DNA from: Orbicella franksi
Taxonomy: Eukaryota
Assembly: GCA_964199315.1 (NCBI GenBank)
Contig: OZ116701.1
Coordinates: 13,640,001 to 13,704,000 of the forward strand
DNA length: 64,000 nt
Reading direction: 5' to 3'
Within the stretch, counting starts at the first letter, position 1. Each line of letters begins with the position of its first letter. Positions 1 through 12,094 of the stretch are shown in pieces. A program made the translations under genes and the position numbers. Under the pieces are notes generated by a model. That model made no database searches and was not told the DNA's origin. It was given only the letters and a program-made list of their open reading frames with translations.

Positions 1-989
1 GCATTGGTTAGGTCAGGTCCAAAAGTAACTCTTGTTGTTGAGTAGCACAATCACCACACCACTACGGCCAAAATGCCAATTCTTTGTCTTCTAACCTAAA
101 TATCGTGCTTAATATTTAGTATTTTTTACTGAAGATTTCCATATTTGTAGCTTAAGAGCTACTCTTTAAGATAGGCCAGAAAAATTGCTGCCTTGGTACG
201 TTTAAGAATCAAAAATAGTTTTAAGATTTTATTGAACACGGTACAATTCGAATGTAACGCGTAACAATTATGGCGGCATAAATCACCACTAACTTTGACA
301 AAAGTTCGAATTTCTTGCTTCTGGTTATAGGTACAATTTAAGTTCTCTCATATACAGCTAAGAACACAATAAAAACACTGGCTAAGTTTCAGTGGAAGTG
401 CTTTATTCTTTCTCAAATATACAGTTGGTTGAAAGTGGCTGGTATGGTTTGTTTGAAATTGTAACACTTGTAAGGTTTGAAGTAATGTTTGAACAAAAAA
501 CTAAAATTTAAAGTTTGACATTTCCATCTACCCAGAAAGTAATTACAGGGAAGGTATGGGCAATATTTGAGGCTTTTCAAAGTCAAAGTTTGAAGTTGAG
601 TCGTGGCATAAATATAGACAACAAACAGAAAACAAAAATTAAAAACAGTTTGTGTAACGCTTAAGAGGAGGTGAGATCAACAACAACTCCAGGCCGAATT
701 CAGAAAATTAAATTCTCAAATCAGAACAAGCAAGTACTCACTCCAAACCACCACTTTGGGCATATGTTTATCCTGCATTTCTGAAGTTTTCAGGCCTTTC
801 TGATTCATCTCTAGTGAGATATTCCAGTTTGAATGACTCGGAAACACTTTCCGCCATCAAGACCGTGTTCACAGAGCATAATGAAGGATTTCTGAAAAGA
901 AAACACAAACAAAATCAGCATTGCTGGCTTGAACCTTCTCTCAAAATTTGCCTCTTGTTTGAGCGGAAAACATGATACTCAAACAAACG

Positions 990-2784
990 ACGTGTTTCTG
1001 TTCACTTCGCGGGGGCTCTGAGAGGCAAATCAGGGCCAATGATAGCGTGACGAAACGTTTTAGGTTCATCGAAATACATGTAGTCACTTGCTTGAAAAGA
1101 CAAAAGGTCAAGAGTTGGAATGGAGAAAACAAAAGATATTATTCTTCTGCCGCTTTCACATAAAAAAGCAGCTCAAGAAAGAAAAGCAGAAAGGAAGAGA
1201 GAGATAGAGCATCTCATCAAAAGAACCGTGAAAAGACGATTGCTCAAGTCAAGGAACATAGACAAGCGATCTGAGAGTTGTCAAAGCAGGCGGCACGAAC
1301 AAGGACAGATGTAAAGAAAACAGAGCGGAAATCAAACGTGAAAAAAGAGAGAAAACACTCGAGCAGAACTGCAGAATAAAAGGAAGAAAATAAGAGAACA
1401 AACAAAGGAAAGAGTTTGAAAATACCGCAAAAGAAAACAACAAGAAAAGGTTGCACAAGAACTTGAAACAGAAGAGGCGGCATTGACTGCAAGCGTGGGC
1501 GAATCTGGATATTCAAACAGGTCATCCAAAAAATGTGCAACTGATAAGGTTAAACAGAAGCTCCTGTTGAGTCCCAAGAAAAAAGCCGAAGTCATAGAAA
1601 CACTAGCAAACAACCCAAGAACTAGGAAGATACTTGCAAACCACAGAGTGGTAAAAACTCCCGAGGAACAGAAAGAAATGAACGCCCTGAGAGCTCTGGC
1701 ATCAGATATCTCTGAAGGTTTGAAGCAAGTGACGCACTCGGGATCGAATGAAAAAAGAGTGGCACTTAAGGCCTTCACATCTCTTGCATTTGGAGAAAAC
1801 AAAAAAAAGACGAGGGCAGGAAAGTCCTTGGGAAAAATAGTTGATTTTAATGCCAAGAGCATAAGTAAAGCGATAAGAACCCTGGAAAGCATCCTCAAGG
1901 GCGACACTGAAAGCTGGCTGTATACCAAAAGGAAAGTTTGCCAAGACGCTATTTCAGAGGAAGATGACCAAACCATTTTTAATTACTGGACAAATACGGC
2001 CAGTAGACCTACTGGAAATAAGAGGGATATCGTCAAGAAACGTATTGGGAAGCAGCAATATGTCCACCATGCCAAGCACGTTTTGGAAAAGACACAGACG
2101 GAAGCATTTCTGGAATTTCAGCAGCTTTATCCCGACGTCAAAGTTAAGCAAAGGAAGTTTGAAAGCCTAAAGCCTTTTTTTTGTTAAACAAGCCAAAGAA
2201 AAGAGATAGAAGATCATGCCTCTGCCAAAAACATGTGGAGACTAAAATTTTATTTAACACTTGCATGAAGTTTCGCCAGGGAATTACCAAGGAAGCTGAC
2301 AACAATAATGGATACCCTGTCTTGAACACTATAACAGAAGCTGCTGAAGACTCTGCCCAAAACAAGAGGATCAGTTATTTCACAAAATCAAGTGCTTGGA
2401 AAGACAATGTGATTTATGCGGAATCAATGCCTTGCCACTGCTACCAGAGGAGACGGCTATCGAGGGTTCTGTGCGTTGGTCACACTTTGAGTATGACGAT
2501 AACCCAATGTACGATTTTTATCTTGTAAAGGTTACATCAGCAGCAATTTCACAGATGACTACCACTGCACTGTCTTGAGGGGTGAGCAGGTCATAAAAGG
2601 AAACTTCCACCTCAGGGACAACATACACGATATGACTTTCACCCTTAATGAGAAGCGCACGGCCGTCGTGTATGCAGCCACTGTCCGCCACATTTGTGGG
2701 GAACTGCCAGCCAAGAAAAAAGGGAGAAAAATGATATACAAACTGCCATTAAAGGAAAATGAAGAGATAATTGCCTCTCTCTGA
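990..2784 (+). mobile_element. Sola-like (probably Sola2-type) DDE transposase remnant, frameshifted, catalytic core apparently deleted
   Basis: ORFs 1120-1314, 1483-2187, 2181-2528 and 2575-2784 join through frameshifts. Motifs KHVLEKTQTEAFLEFQQLYPDVKVKQRKFESLKPFF and DRRSCLCQKH recur at 15550-15720, where they lead into DYSQGY...FTDGCAAQ. Superfamily name is from recalled motifs only. Confidence 0.6.
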
Positions 2785-3149
2785 ACAGTCTACAGTTCCA
2801 AACTTGTTTCATTGATATTTTCTGCATTTTTACATCATTAGCTCACAAATTCCTGAACTTGCCACGCCCACAAAGCATTATGGGTAATATAAAAAACTGC
2901 TAATACTACAGAGAAAATGTAAATAATCAAAAAAAAATAACTGAATGGTACAAGACATAAAAAGCGACCAGTATATCCACTGAAAATAGCAAAATTAAAT
3001 ACTTCATTATTTTGACCTGTGTTACAGGAAATGTATAGGTGACTGCTACTCGTCTGTTATAATCATGGAAAGTGATCATAGAAGTGCAGGTATTGGCAGT
3101 CAATGCAGTGATCACGAGGGGTTAAGTGGCTTATAACGCATCAAAGGTA

Positions 3150-3660
3150 ATTGGCCAATTAGAAAACAGAAATCTCATTCATCAACAGATATGCTGTTCT
3201 TGATGCAAGAGTTGTGCCAAACGAGAAAGGGTTGAAGAAGAACTAAAATAGATCCTTCCAAGGTTTTAGCAGCCATGGCACAGGGTTTTCTTTCCCTACC
3301 AGTGTCAAATGCATGGCCTGAAAGAGGAGCTGGTGCTGTCAAGAGGATAACGAGCAGTACAACCAATCAGATGTTGAGACCAGTAACGAAATTACATAAC
3401 CTACTAAAAAACAAGCCATCAAAACATGGAACTAGACAAAGGAGAGAAGGAAACTCCCTCAACATCATGGTGTCACCACTTCTGGAGAATCTTCAAGTCC
3501 AGTTCAAACCATTCTTGTCAACTCTACTATTCAAACTAATGTTGAGGCAGATGTCCATGAACAAGCAGATGACTCGGATGATTCAGCTTTTGAAAGATGT
3601 GTACCACAATCACTATGCCCATTTGGGGATGGTAGAAAAACTTTCACTGATTTATTGCGA
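3150..3660 (+). mobile_element. hAT transposase C-terminal (dimerisation domain) fragment
   Basis: ORF 3275-3664 contains FLSLPVSNAWPERGAGAVKRI, nearly identical to CLSMPVSNAWPERGASALKCL of the hAT at ~27660-27725. Confidence 0.7.
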
Positions 3661-3889
3661 TTAGCATCTTCAGCAAAGCCAAATCTTTAATGACGTTAAA
3701 TATACTTATTTAACTTAGTAAAACACGAGGAGCATGTTGCTCAGTAGTTGGCATGGCGTTGACGCCCATTAGCAGTTTTGATGGCATGCAGTGGTTTTTC
3801 GTTGTTGCTAGGGTTTGTGTTACTGCAGTAGGCCTGGTGCAGAGCAGTTTCCTGTGCCCCCGGGTCAGCAGTTTATAGTTGCAATTTAT

Positions 3890-4620
3890 GCATGTGCCTT
3901 TACTTGCGGTCATAGTTTTACTGTGCTTAGTGTTCTGGGTGTCTTGATCATTTTTAGAATTTTTTATTGTTTTCTTCTGCATTTTCCGCTGTTTTTCCCT
4001 TGGAATCGTTCACCTGAGCTTTTTAGTGTTTCCTGGAGCCTTTTTAGTGCTTTTTCTCAGACAACTTGGAGGCCTTTTGCTGTCGACTTATGTTGTTGCC
4101 CAATTCACGTGTGTTGGCCTCTTTGTCCACAGCTTTTCAATTTTTTCAGTATGCCCACTACGCAGCCTACATTCAACAGCCTGTCAGCGGACCTGTTTCC
4201 AGCTCCTTCTACATCGGCTCCTCCATCCTCTGGCGATTCAGTAGCTATTTTGACAGTTCCTTCGGGAGCCTTGAATTTGCTTTCAAACGAGATTGCGGTC
4301 ACTGTGGCCCATGTGCTTCACCAGTCCTTACCAACTTTTGTCGCTGCATTTCGTGCAGAGAACCACACCGCCCCAGTTTCCAGTGCGGCTCCTCCCCCTG
4401 TTTCCAGCATTGTTTCCAGCTCGGCCATGGTTGCTGCCAGCTCGCTTTCCTCTGTTGCAGGTACCTGGTAGCTGTTGCAAGTACCTGGCATCCTGGTCCC
4501 ACCTTTCTCCACAACAAGCACGTGGCCGTTGACATGTTAGTCAGAAGCTTAGCCTCAGACACTAACACGCCAGGCAATTTTCGATACAAATTGGGCCAGA
4601 GAAATGTCCTTAGTTTCCAG
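3890..4620 (+). mobile_element. Possible DIRS/Ngaro-type gag N-terminal low-complexity remnant
   Basis: Ser/Ala/Pro-rich ORF 3815-4471 resembles in composition the gag leader at 34430-34944. No diagnostic motif. Confidence 0.3.
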
Positions 4621-4857
4621 TCCCTTAGGATGGACATTTCACTCGGCCATTCGCCATGCAACCAAGGGGGATAGGCATCATTACATGTGTTCCATTTCTC
4701 GGAAGACTGGTACCAAAAATGGATTTTGGCACTAAAGAACAAAATTCTTCAGACTAGGAGCTTTGTTTTGATATACAGCTTGCAGCAGTTTCTTTTATTT
4801 ATCAATATCATTCCAAGCTTCTAAATCTTCAACTGCTGGCATAAGATTACCATAACG

Positions 4858-7560
4858 ATGAGCAAGCAAAATTGAACGTTTTTTGGAGCAAATTTTCGCT
4901 GCAAGAGAAGTTGTGATTAACTGTTCTGTCTATCAAAAATAGAAGAACATGATGTGAACTGTGTTTCTATCGTTTTGGTTTGTTACCAGAGGCCCTGGAT
5001 TTGGCACAACAGTAGCATTTGGATGGGATGCAAGAGCAGGAAAAAACCAAGACGTTCATTGAACAGGTCACAGAGGGATCGCTTTCCGGTCGGGGAACTA
5101 GCTAGAAAAAGGCTGCACTTTGAGCTGAGTATTTGTCGAAGTCCAAGGAGCTTTGTGCCCAACAGAAACAAATTCAGCAACTAAAAAACAAAGTAAGTCT
5201 TTGTTATCTTTTGTCAAACGCTTGACTAATTTAAAGAGCTTAGCCATTGTCATGATAAGCTGAAAATTATATAAGCCTTATTATTCATAATAGCCCTATT
5301 AAAAAAGAAACAGTAATGGTAATCAAATTGTAAAAAAAGCCCTGACTGTTCCTTTAATTAAAAATTAATTCATTTGTTTTTCTATCTCATAGAGAGACCA
5401 TAAAACAAACTTTGGATGAATTGCAAGCAGAGTCACCACCACAGAGAAAATCGACATTCCAGGTGACAAAGAATGCATCCACCCTTAGAAAGAGAAGTCC
5501 AGCTCCACTCACCAATGAAGGAGGTTTAAATTTGCCAAGGAGAAGTGCCAATAGAGGACAACTAGAAACCCTCATTGCTTCAGCAGAGGTAAATGGAGAG
5601 TCTGCAGAGAACAGAAGTCCTGCACTTGATGGCATGTTCTCTACACTATGTAAACAAGGCACAATGGCAGATATGTCTAAATATGTTTGTTCATCACGAA
5701 AGATGAGAAAGGCCACTGTGGCCAAAATAAAAATGCAGTGTAGAGTATGAGAAAAGTGAGGAAAATTTTATTCCTTTGCTTTCACTCCTTTATGCAGGTG
5801 GGGTAATTAGTAAAGTTAAATATCAGCAGACAAGATCATCTATGGTAATGAAAAATACTGGGAGGCATACCAAAAAGGGTTTTACGTCAAAGGAAAGAAT
5901 AACTTATGGATGGGGTGTCCCAGTTCCTAAACCACTTCCATACAGTGTTCTAATGAATAAAATTGAAGAGCTTGATAGGGGAGATGTGATCTCAGTAAGG
6001 GAAACTTTGTGCTATAACTTTTAAGTAGACCAACAGGTTCATGGGATGTATAGAAATTTAGAGGAATTTCTACTCATGCTTTGTAAATTCTATTTAGAAA
6101 CTGATGAATGTAGGAAAGAAAGCGACAAACTGACCTGGTTTGGTGAGAGGGAGGGAACATTTAAGGTTGCGATTGGGGGTGATGGAGCCCCATTTGGAAA
6201 GTGGGACCAATCAATGTCCTGGTTAGTAAGCTTTTTAAATGTGGGACCCAGGGTAGCCTCACCCAATGACAATTTTTTATTGTTCAGAGCCAACTGTAAG
6301 GAGGACCATGAGGTGGTTACCAGCTGCAGATATAGAGGGTATTGACAAGAAAACCTTCACTGTAATGGGGAAGGATGTAACCTTCTCATTTGACCTTCTC
6401 CCTGGGGACATGAAATTCTTGGCTTATATAAATGGTGAGTTATCTAATTCAGCAAAATACTTTTCCAGTTTTGCTAATGCTTGTCAAGATGAGAGTAGTT
6501 CACTAACTGAAAAATTTGGGAAGACCCAGAACTGTAAATGGAGACCATGGCAGTATAGCCAGAGAATTGCTATTGCTCAGCAGGTTGCTGATTTCAAAAG
6601 GAAACTCCCAGGTCACTTAGCTGAGAAAACAAAGAGGGCTAAAGTAACTCAGTTCATTGCTTGGAAAAAATCCAGGCAAGAATTTGAACCATTTATAGGG
6701 AAGCTTTGTGACAAAGAGGTTGTTAAACCCCTCCACTTAAACAACAGTGGGGTACAGTACTTGCATACAATGCTGCTCAATATCGCCATTTCTTTGAGTA
6801 ACCTTCCCAATAAACTAAACAGCCTTAGTGAACTTCCCCCAAACTGTGCAATTACCAGATATTTAAAGGCTATGGAAAATGATGTAAAGGCAGGGAGAAT
6901 GAAAAAGCAATTGGGCAAGTGGCTGCTCGAGGACAGGGGTAAAGACAAGGATTTTACGTATCGCTTGACAGGTAAAGATTCACGACTAATCTTACATGGG
7001 TTCATGTATTTAGTTAGGGCAATTCAGGGCGACTCAACAGACCACAAGCTGCTAATGAAACGTCTGCCAATTGTCTTCATTGGTACTAAACTCAGGGACT
7101 GTGCTGCAACTTCTTCAATGTACCATCTCAATGAAGAAGATCTTGCAAAACTTGTTGTGCCGTGATTATTTTACTGCAGTTGCTTTGTTTGGGTCTTCAG
7201 TTTCAGGCAGTGTGTGGAGCATTGGACATGTAGTCTATATGCCCACTCAAAGCAAATGTTTGACAAATATGGGACAGGGTTGGGTATCAATACAATGCAG
7301 GGCAGGGAAGCTAAACATGTGCAAATTGCAAGCTTTGCCAGAAACGGTCAGTACAAACGTCGGTATCAGGTTTTTAGGCACGACCACATTAGCAAGCCAT
7401 GGCTCCCCATCAAGCAACCCTCACTATTAGCCTATCATCAGTCACATGACACTCATTCCCACCTGCATCCATATGGATCCCCAGCATTACTGCTACTGTG
7501 GCCTGTCTAAAGAAGCTGAAACTGAACAATGCTTCTTCTGTGGACATAAACTCATGGAGA
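4858..7560 (+). pseudogene. RAG1-core/Transib-related DDE transposase, frameshifted, with a GT-AG intron at 5193-5392
   Basis: Motifs occur in RAG1 order: VAIGGDGAPF (D at 6181), LPGDMKFLAYINGELSNSAKYFSSF (D at 6407), PLHLNN, RLTGKDSRLIL (cf. RAG1 RMNGNFARKLM), then HVVYAH...GLGINTMQGREAKH (cf. HKTLAH...SEGNE) after removing a 2-nt duplication near 7238. Cys-rich N-terminal region at 4890-5040. Confidence 0.7.
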
Positions 7561-8143
7561 TCAAGAAATCTGTACGTGATGGCAAACTGACACAAGAGTG
7601 TTTGAGGTACTGATCTTAGTGAGTTTTGTTTGTAAGCTGGATGTAGAATGTTATCTCTATAGTTTCTGACGATGCAAGACTGTACTCTAGTGACTCCTGT
7701 TTGCCCCAGAAAACTTAACACTTAAAATATTAGGATGACTGAAGTTAAACTGTATAGCAATGTAGGGTATTAACCCTTAAGGGATTGGATCTATAGTTTA
7801 AATGTTAATGGACAAGGGCTCTCAATTATTTTTTCTTGGAGCACAACCTTGTCATATCCAATTTAGGTTATAACATTTTGATCATCACTGGATATATAAT
7901 TCTGATGAATGCCAGCTCTATTCAAATACACACTGAACATGCAAATCAGTTGGGTATTCATGTTAACTCAACTTGTAGTTGTAGTGTCAGTTCAAACAAT
8001 ATTGTCATTTATAAACATGAATTTCAAGATGCAAGTATATTGTAAACTAAAATATAATGGACTGTTGAGACCATTGTCTCTCAAATCATTAAAGAGAAAT
8101 GATTGAGCAATTCCAAGTGTGGTTAGTATTGTGCCTATTATTT

Positions 8144-8779
8144 TCATTGCTGGCTGATACCATAGCAATTCCAATATCCATAATAAAATTTAGCCCTTAA
8201 AAGCTCCTCTTTAGCAATGTACATCATTGTTCCCTTCTTCTCGTCATTTACAATAAGCTTTGCTTCTCCTTTTCTCTCACTAAGTTGCTTTTTGAATTCA
8301 CCACAATCTTTGAATTGGTCGAACTGGTTACATAATCTTCTCAGGCTTGAAAACATTATAGCCACTGATCCTGGTTTCTTTTCAACCTCTACCCCATATC
8401 TTGTTCTACCAAGAATCTCCTTACGCAAGAGATTGAAGACCTCCTGTGGCATGGGAAGGTTGAAGCAAACCATCCAGGGATGTACCTTGCTCATCTTTGA
8501 ACTTAAACAGTGAAAAATTGCAGTTTTAGTGTGGATCATGCTTCGTTGTAGCACGCGATATAGCTCGCCGATGCTGTATTTGGGTCTCTCACGAAGACCG
8601 CCAAACTTCCCTTTCACAACCACTTCAGCTAGCTTATTTAGCTCTTGAAATGTATTGTCTAAATCCTTTAGGTTATATGCAGTTGAAATTTGTTGCTCAA
8701 ATTTTGATTTCTCACGGTTCAGTGCCTCGTTTATTGAAATAATTAGTTCGCCATCGTTGGCTTCACATTGATCTGCCAT
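8144..8779 (-). CDS. Intact 211-aa orphan ORF, probable transposon accessory gene
   Basis: Uninterrupted ORF starting in CCAAGATGGC context, lying tail-to-tail with the RAG1-like transposase. No domain recognised. Confidence 0.6.
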   Translation of the reverse strand: MADQCEANDGELIISINEALNREKSKFEQQISTAYNLKDLDNTFQELNKLAEVVVKGKFGGLRERPKYSIGELYRVLQRSMIHTKTAIFHCLSSKMSKVHPWMVCFNLPMPQEVFNLLRKEILGRTRYGVEVEKKPGSVAIMFSSLRRLCNQFDQFKDCGEFKKQLSERKGEAKLIVNDEKKGTMMYIAKEELLRAKFYYGYWNCYGISQQ

Positions 8780-8882
8780 CTTGGATTTTGCCTAACTAAG
8801 CCTCAGATCCTCCGCGGCCAAAATGAAAGTTGGCCCAATTTGATTTGATAATTTCCTGGCATGAAACAGGATGACCCTAAGG

Positions 8883-9905
8883 TCCACCCTGAAATAAAGG
8901 TGTCAACTATTTAACTAGAGCCAAACAAATGTCTTGGATTAGCAAGAGTCTCTAGGTTTTCACAGTGGTCCACACTCTTGAAAGCTATTGCAAACCTCAT
9001 TATACTTGCCCATTCATGGAAAAAGCACACACCTTGAGAGGAAGGTGACCATGCCGCACCGGGAACAGTGCTTACAGTGCTGACCTTCAAGCAAGCCCAA
9101 TCAGTCATCATCAAGAACGTGCAACCAGAGGCTTATGGAGAAGACTTAAAGCTCCTTCAGAATTCTGTGAGGTTACCAGCCACTAGTCCGCTCAAGAAAC
9201 TTGGCCTAATTGTGGATGACAAGGGACTCTCAAGAGTTGACATTTGCCTTGAACATGTAGATCTGAAGTTCAAAGAATGTCACTCTTCAATCATGCCAAG
9301 CTCGCATCATGCCACAAATCTCACAGTCCGCTACTGTCACTCCAGAGTCCAGCATCAATGTCGTCACATCACCCTTGGTGCTATTAGGAGCCATGGCCTG
9401 TGGATCCTCGGTGGAAAACACCTCATGAACAGCGCCATCAACAAGTGCATTAAATGTAACAAACTGCAGGGAAGACAACAGATTCAGAAAATGGCTGATC
9501 TACCTGTTGACCGCTAACTCCTACTCTGCCCCTTGGCTAACTAGTGCCAGACACACAAGGGGTGGAGTTACTAATAGTAAACGTTGGGCCAGGCTTTTTA
9601 CATGTCTGGTGACAAGAGCCATTCACATTGAGCTTGTAGAGAATATGGACTCTTTTAGGCTTTATCAATGCGCTATGACAATTCTTAGCCTTGCGGGGAC
9701 CAGTGGTACAGTTCCATTCTGTGGTACCAACTTCGTTGAACCATACAACAAACTCCAAGCTTCACTCAATGAGATGGATCACAACCTTATTTAGTCCTAC
9801 TTAGCTACACAGGGCTATGATTGGATCTTCAATGCTCCCCACTCATCCCAGGCCAGTGGAGTCTGGAAATGGATGATAGGAGACTCATGCAATCGTGGAT
9901 GCAAT
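8883..9905 (+). mobile_element. BEL/Pao LTR retrotransposon pol remnant (integrase zinc finger and core)
   Basis: HSRVQHQ...WILGG...KCIKCNKLQGRQQIQKMADLPVDR and KRWARLFTCLVTRAIHIELVE...GTNFV are typical BEL/Pao integrase motifs. Stops and deletions present. Confidence 0.9.
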
Positions 9906-10448
9906 GCAGCAATATTTGAGCACTTCACTGTTTCTTATTTCAAATTTACAATTTGCAGAATATCAAAGCCACTAACTCAGGCAGTTTTTGGTCTCTCTTA
10001 CAGATGCAATTAAGGCAAGAAATAAACAAGCTGCTAAGGAGAAGCTACACATTTCCCTTCTTTATTAAAATCCTGACAAACATACTATTGTAGATTGAAA
10101 ACAGCAGATGATATTTGTTGAGCCGACCTGTGGATAATTCTAAAAGATATGTTTCACTTTTGCACTAAAAAGGGACAAGTGGTGCTACCTAACATCACAT
10201 GACAAAAAACCATGTGGAAACATAGCACATAACACTTATGATGCTAGAATGCATGTCTCTTACATGTTGGGCTCTACCATAAGGAAAACCACTCAATATT
10301 TGTGTTATCCCATATACGATGCATCCTCCACATAATATGTAGAAGACATGAACGCTAACTAATCTGCACATCTGTTTAGAGCAAATTGATTTTGTTCTAA
10401 AGAGAATAGTACCACAAGGACAGCAAGGGGTTACTCAGAACAAATATA

Positions 10449-10894
10449 CAGTCAAACCTCAATTATCCGTACCTCGATTACCCGGATTTCTCAATTATCT
10501 GGACTTTTTCTCTTGTCCCAATTTTGTCATGAATATTTATTACTCATGATCAAGATCCTAGCAATATTCTGTTTAAAACTATAGCATTGAGAAGTGCAGT
10601 CAAAAGCGAGTTTTTTGCTTTTAAAGAGCAAAAGCAGTGCTTGCTCGCACGCATCGTAACTAATGAAGAACACTCAAATTAGTTCTGACTGGCTCAGAGT
10701 TGAGTGGTTCAAGATGTACAGAAGACCATATTGTTTTCCAAACAATTTGTAAAAGTGTTGTTTCACGATTAAATGTTGCTTGATTTAAACAGTTTTGTTC
10801 TTCATTAATATTCATATTTTCGATGATCTGGACCCTCGATTATCCGTACTATTTCATCTAGTCCCAATGATTCCAGATAATCGAGGTTCGACTC
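10449..10894. mobile_element. Tc1/mariner (pogo/Tigger-like) MITE
   Basis: TA|CAGTCAAACCTCAATTATC ... GATAATCGAGGTTCGACTC|TA: imperfect TIRs with TA target duplication. Confidence 0.8.
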
Positions 10895-11069
10895 TATGGC
10901 TTTGCAATGTTCACATCTAACTGACATAGATGGAACATGTTTTTGTAGGGTACACATGTACCTTTCCCACCTCACCCTCACCACTTTCTTGCCTCAAAGA
11001 CTAAACAAACATTAAAATTTACACCTTAGCACCTTGGCGACAGGCAGCCCTCAAAACCATCCCAGTAGT

Positions 11070-11480
11070 GCACTCTGCACTAAAAAGGAGGCAGTAGAAG
11101 AGAGAGAAGAAGGTTAAAGGAAAAGTGGATGCAGATCACCGAGGCAGGGGAAGCGGTCCATCCTGATTGCCATGCGGTGCGCTCTAGAAACAGAATGGCA
11201 GCAAGTAGAGCAAGTAAGAATAGTTTCAAAAGCTTTGCCCACAACCAAAAAAGCGTTTCGAAATAATCCAAAAGAGAAGTGCCAGGCCACGAACAAGGAA
11301 ACAACTTGTAAAGACGGGAACACTCAAGACTCCAGAAGAAGAAACAAGATCATTGAGAGCAATGCCAGCAGTTATTTCACAGGGCTTAGAGTAGGTGAAA
11401 GAGTGGTTCAAATGAGAAAAGAAAAAGCATTGAGAGCCTACATCCCTTGTCTTTGGAGAAAACGTTAAAAAATGTCATGC
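11070..11480 (+). mobile_element. Second Sola-like remnant (N-terminal portion)
   Basis: Frame-joined PRTRKQLVKTGTLKTPEEE...SGSNEKRK...FGENVKK is homologous to PRTRKILANHRVVKTPEEQ...SGSNEKRV...FGENKKK at 1615-1810. Confidence 0.7.
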
Positions 11481-12094
11481 TCAGCGTTCACTCTCTAAGT
11501 GGCATCATTAGACAGAAAAAGTATTTGACGTGGCATCAAGTGGAGGATGGAGTAAGTAAGATTTGATGCTGTTAGTCCATCAGTTGAGAGCCGAAAATTT
11601 GGATTCATGGCTCACCTGAGGGGAACAGCCGAAACATGTCTTATCTTAATCTTTGACTACTAAGCATCATAAAAATGTATGATAGCAAGGAAAGAACAGT
11701 AGCTTTCACTTTATAAATCAAATTTTAAATTTTGCCCTACATACCCTTCTTTTGCCACCATCTTGGATTTTTGGAGAATGCTTAAAAGTGGTTTACATGC
11801 CTTTTATGTAAGCGAATCGTGTTTTAAATGTAAATTTTAAACGTATTGGAACAACAAACATGGTGTCAATTTGTTCTAGTGTTTGAATTATCAGTATATG
11901 ACATCACAAGAGACGTCATAACGCCTGATTATTAGTCACAATGTGATCATTTTGCACCTATGATCATTGCAAAAAAGTTGTGAGGTGCGGTTCTCAAAAT
12001 CATTTCATGAAAAGAGGGAAAGTAGATAAAATATTTGTATAAATTGCAAGTTTGTTGAAACAAAGCCCTAAAAAACATTTGCCTGTTTCCTACA

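Larger units (their letters stand above)
4623..8882 (+). mobile_element. Putative two-gene DNA transposon: RAG1/Transib-like transposase plus convergent accessory ORF
   Basis: Transposase pseudogene on + (4858-7560) and intact ORF on - (8144-8779). Candidate degenerate termini CCTTAGG (4623-4629) and CCTAAGG (8876-8882). Boundaries are tentative. Confidence 0.5.

Noticed and set aside
152-3125. TTAA|GAG at 152-158 as the left end of the Sola-like element
   Set aside because: No matching right terminal repeat found. The GGGG|TTAA at ~3118-3125 looks like an unrelated piggyBac-type end.
4858-7560. Calling the transposase a RAG1 orthologue or functional recombinase
   Set aside because: Multiple frameshifts, no CxxC, no nonamer-binding or RING region recognised, and no CAC/RSS-like ends.
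8144-8779. Calling the convergent ORF RAG2
   Set aside because: Only 211 aa, with no kelch/beta-propeller repeats or PHD finger visible. Only the orientation resembles RAG2.
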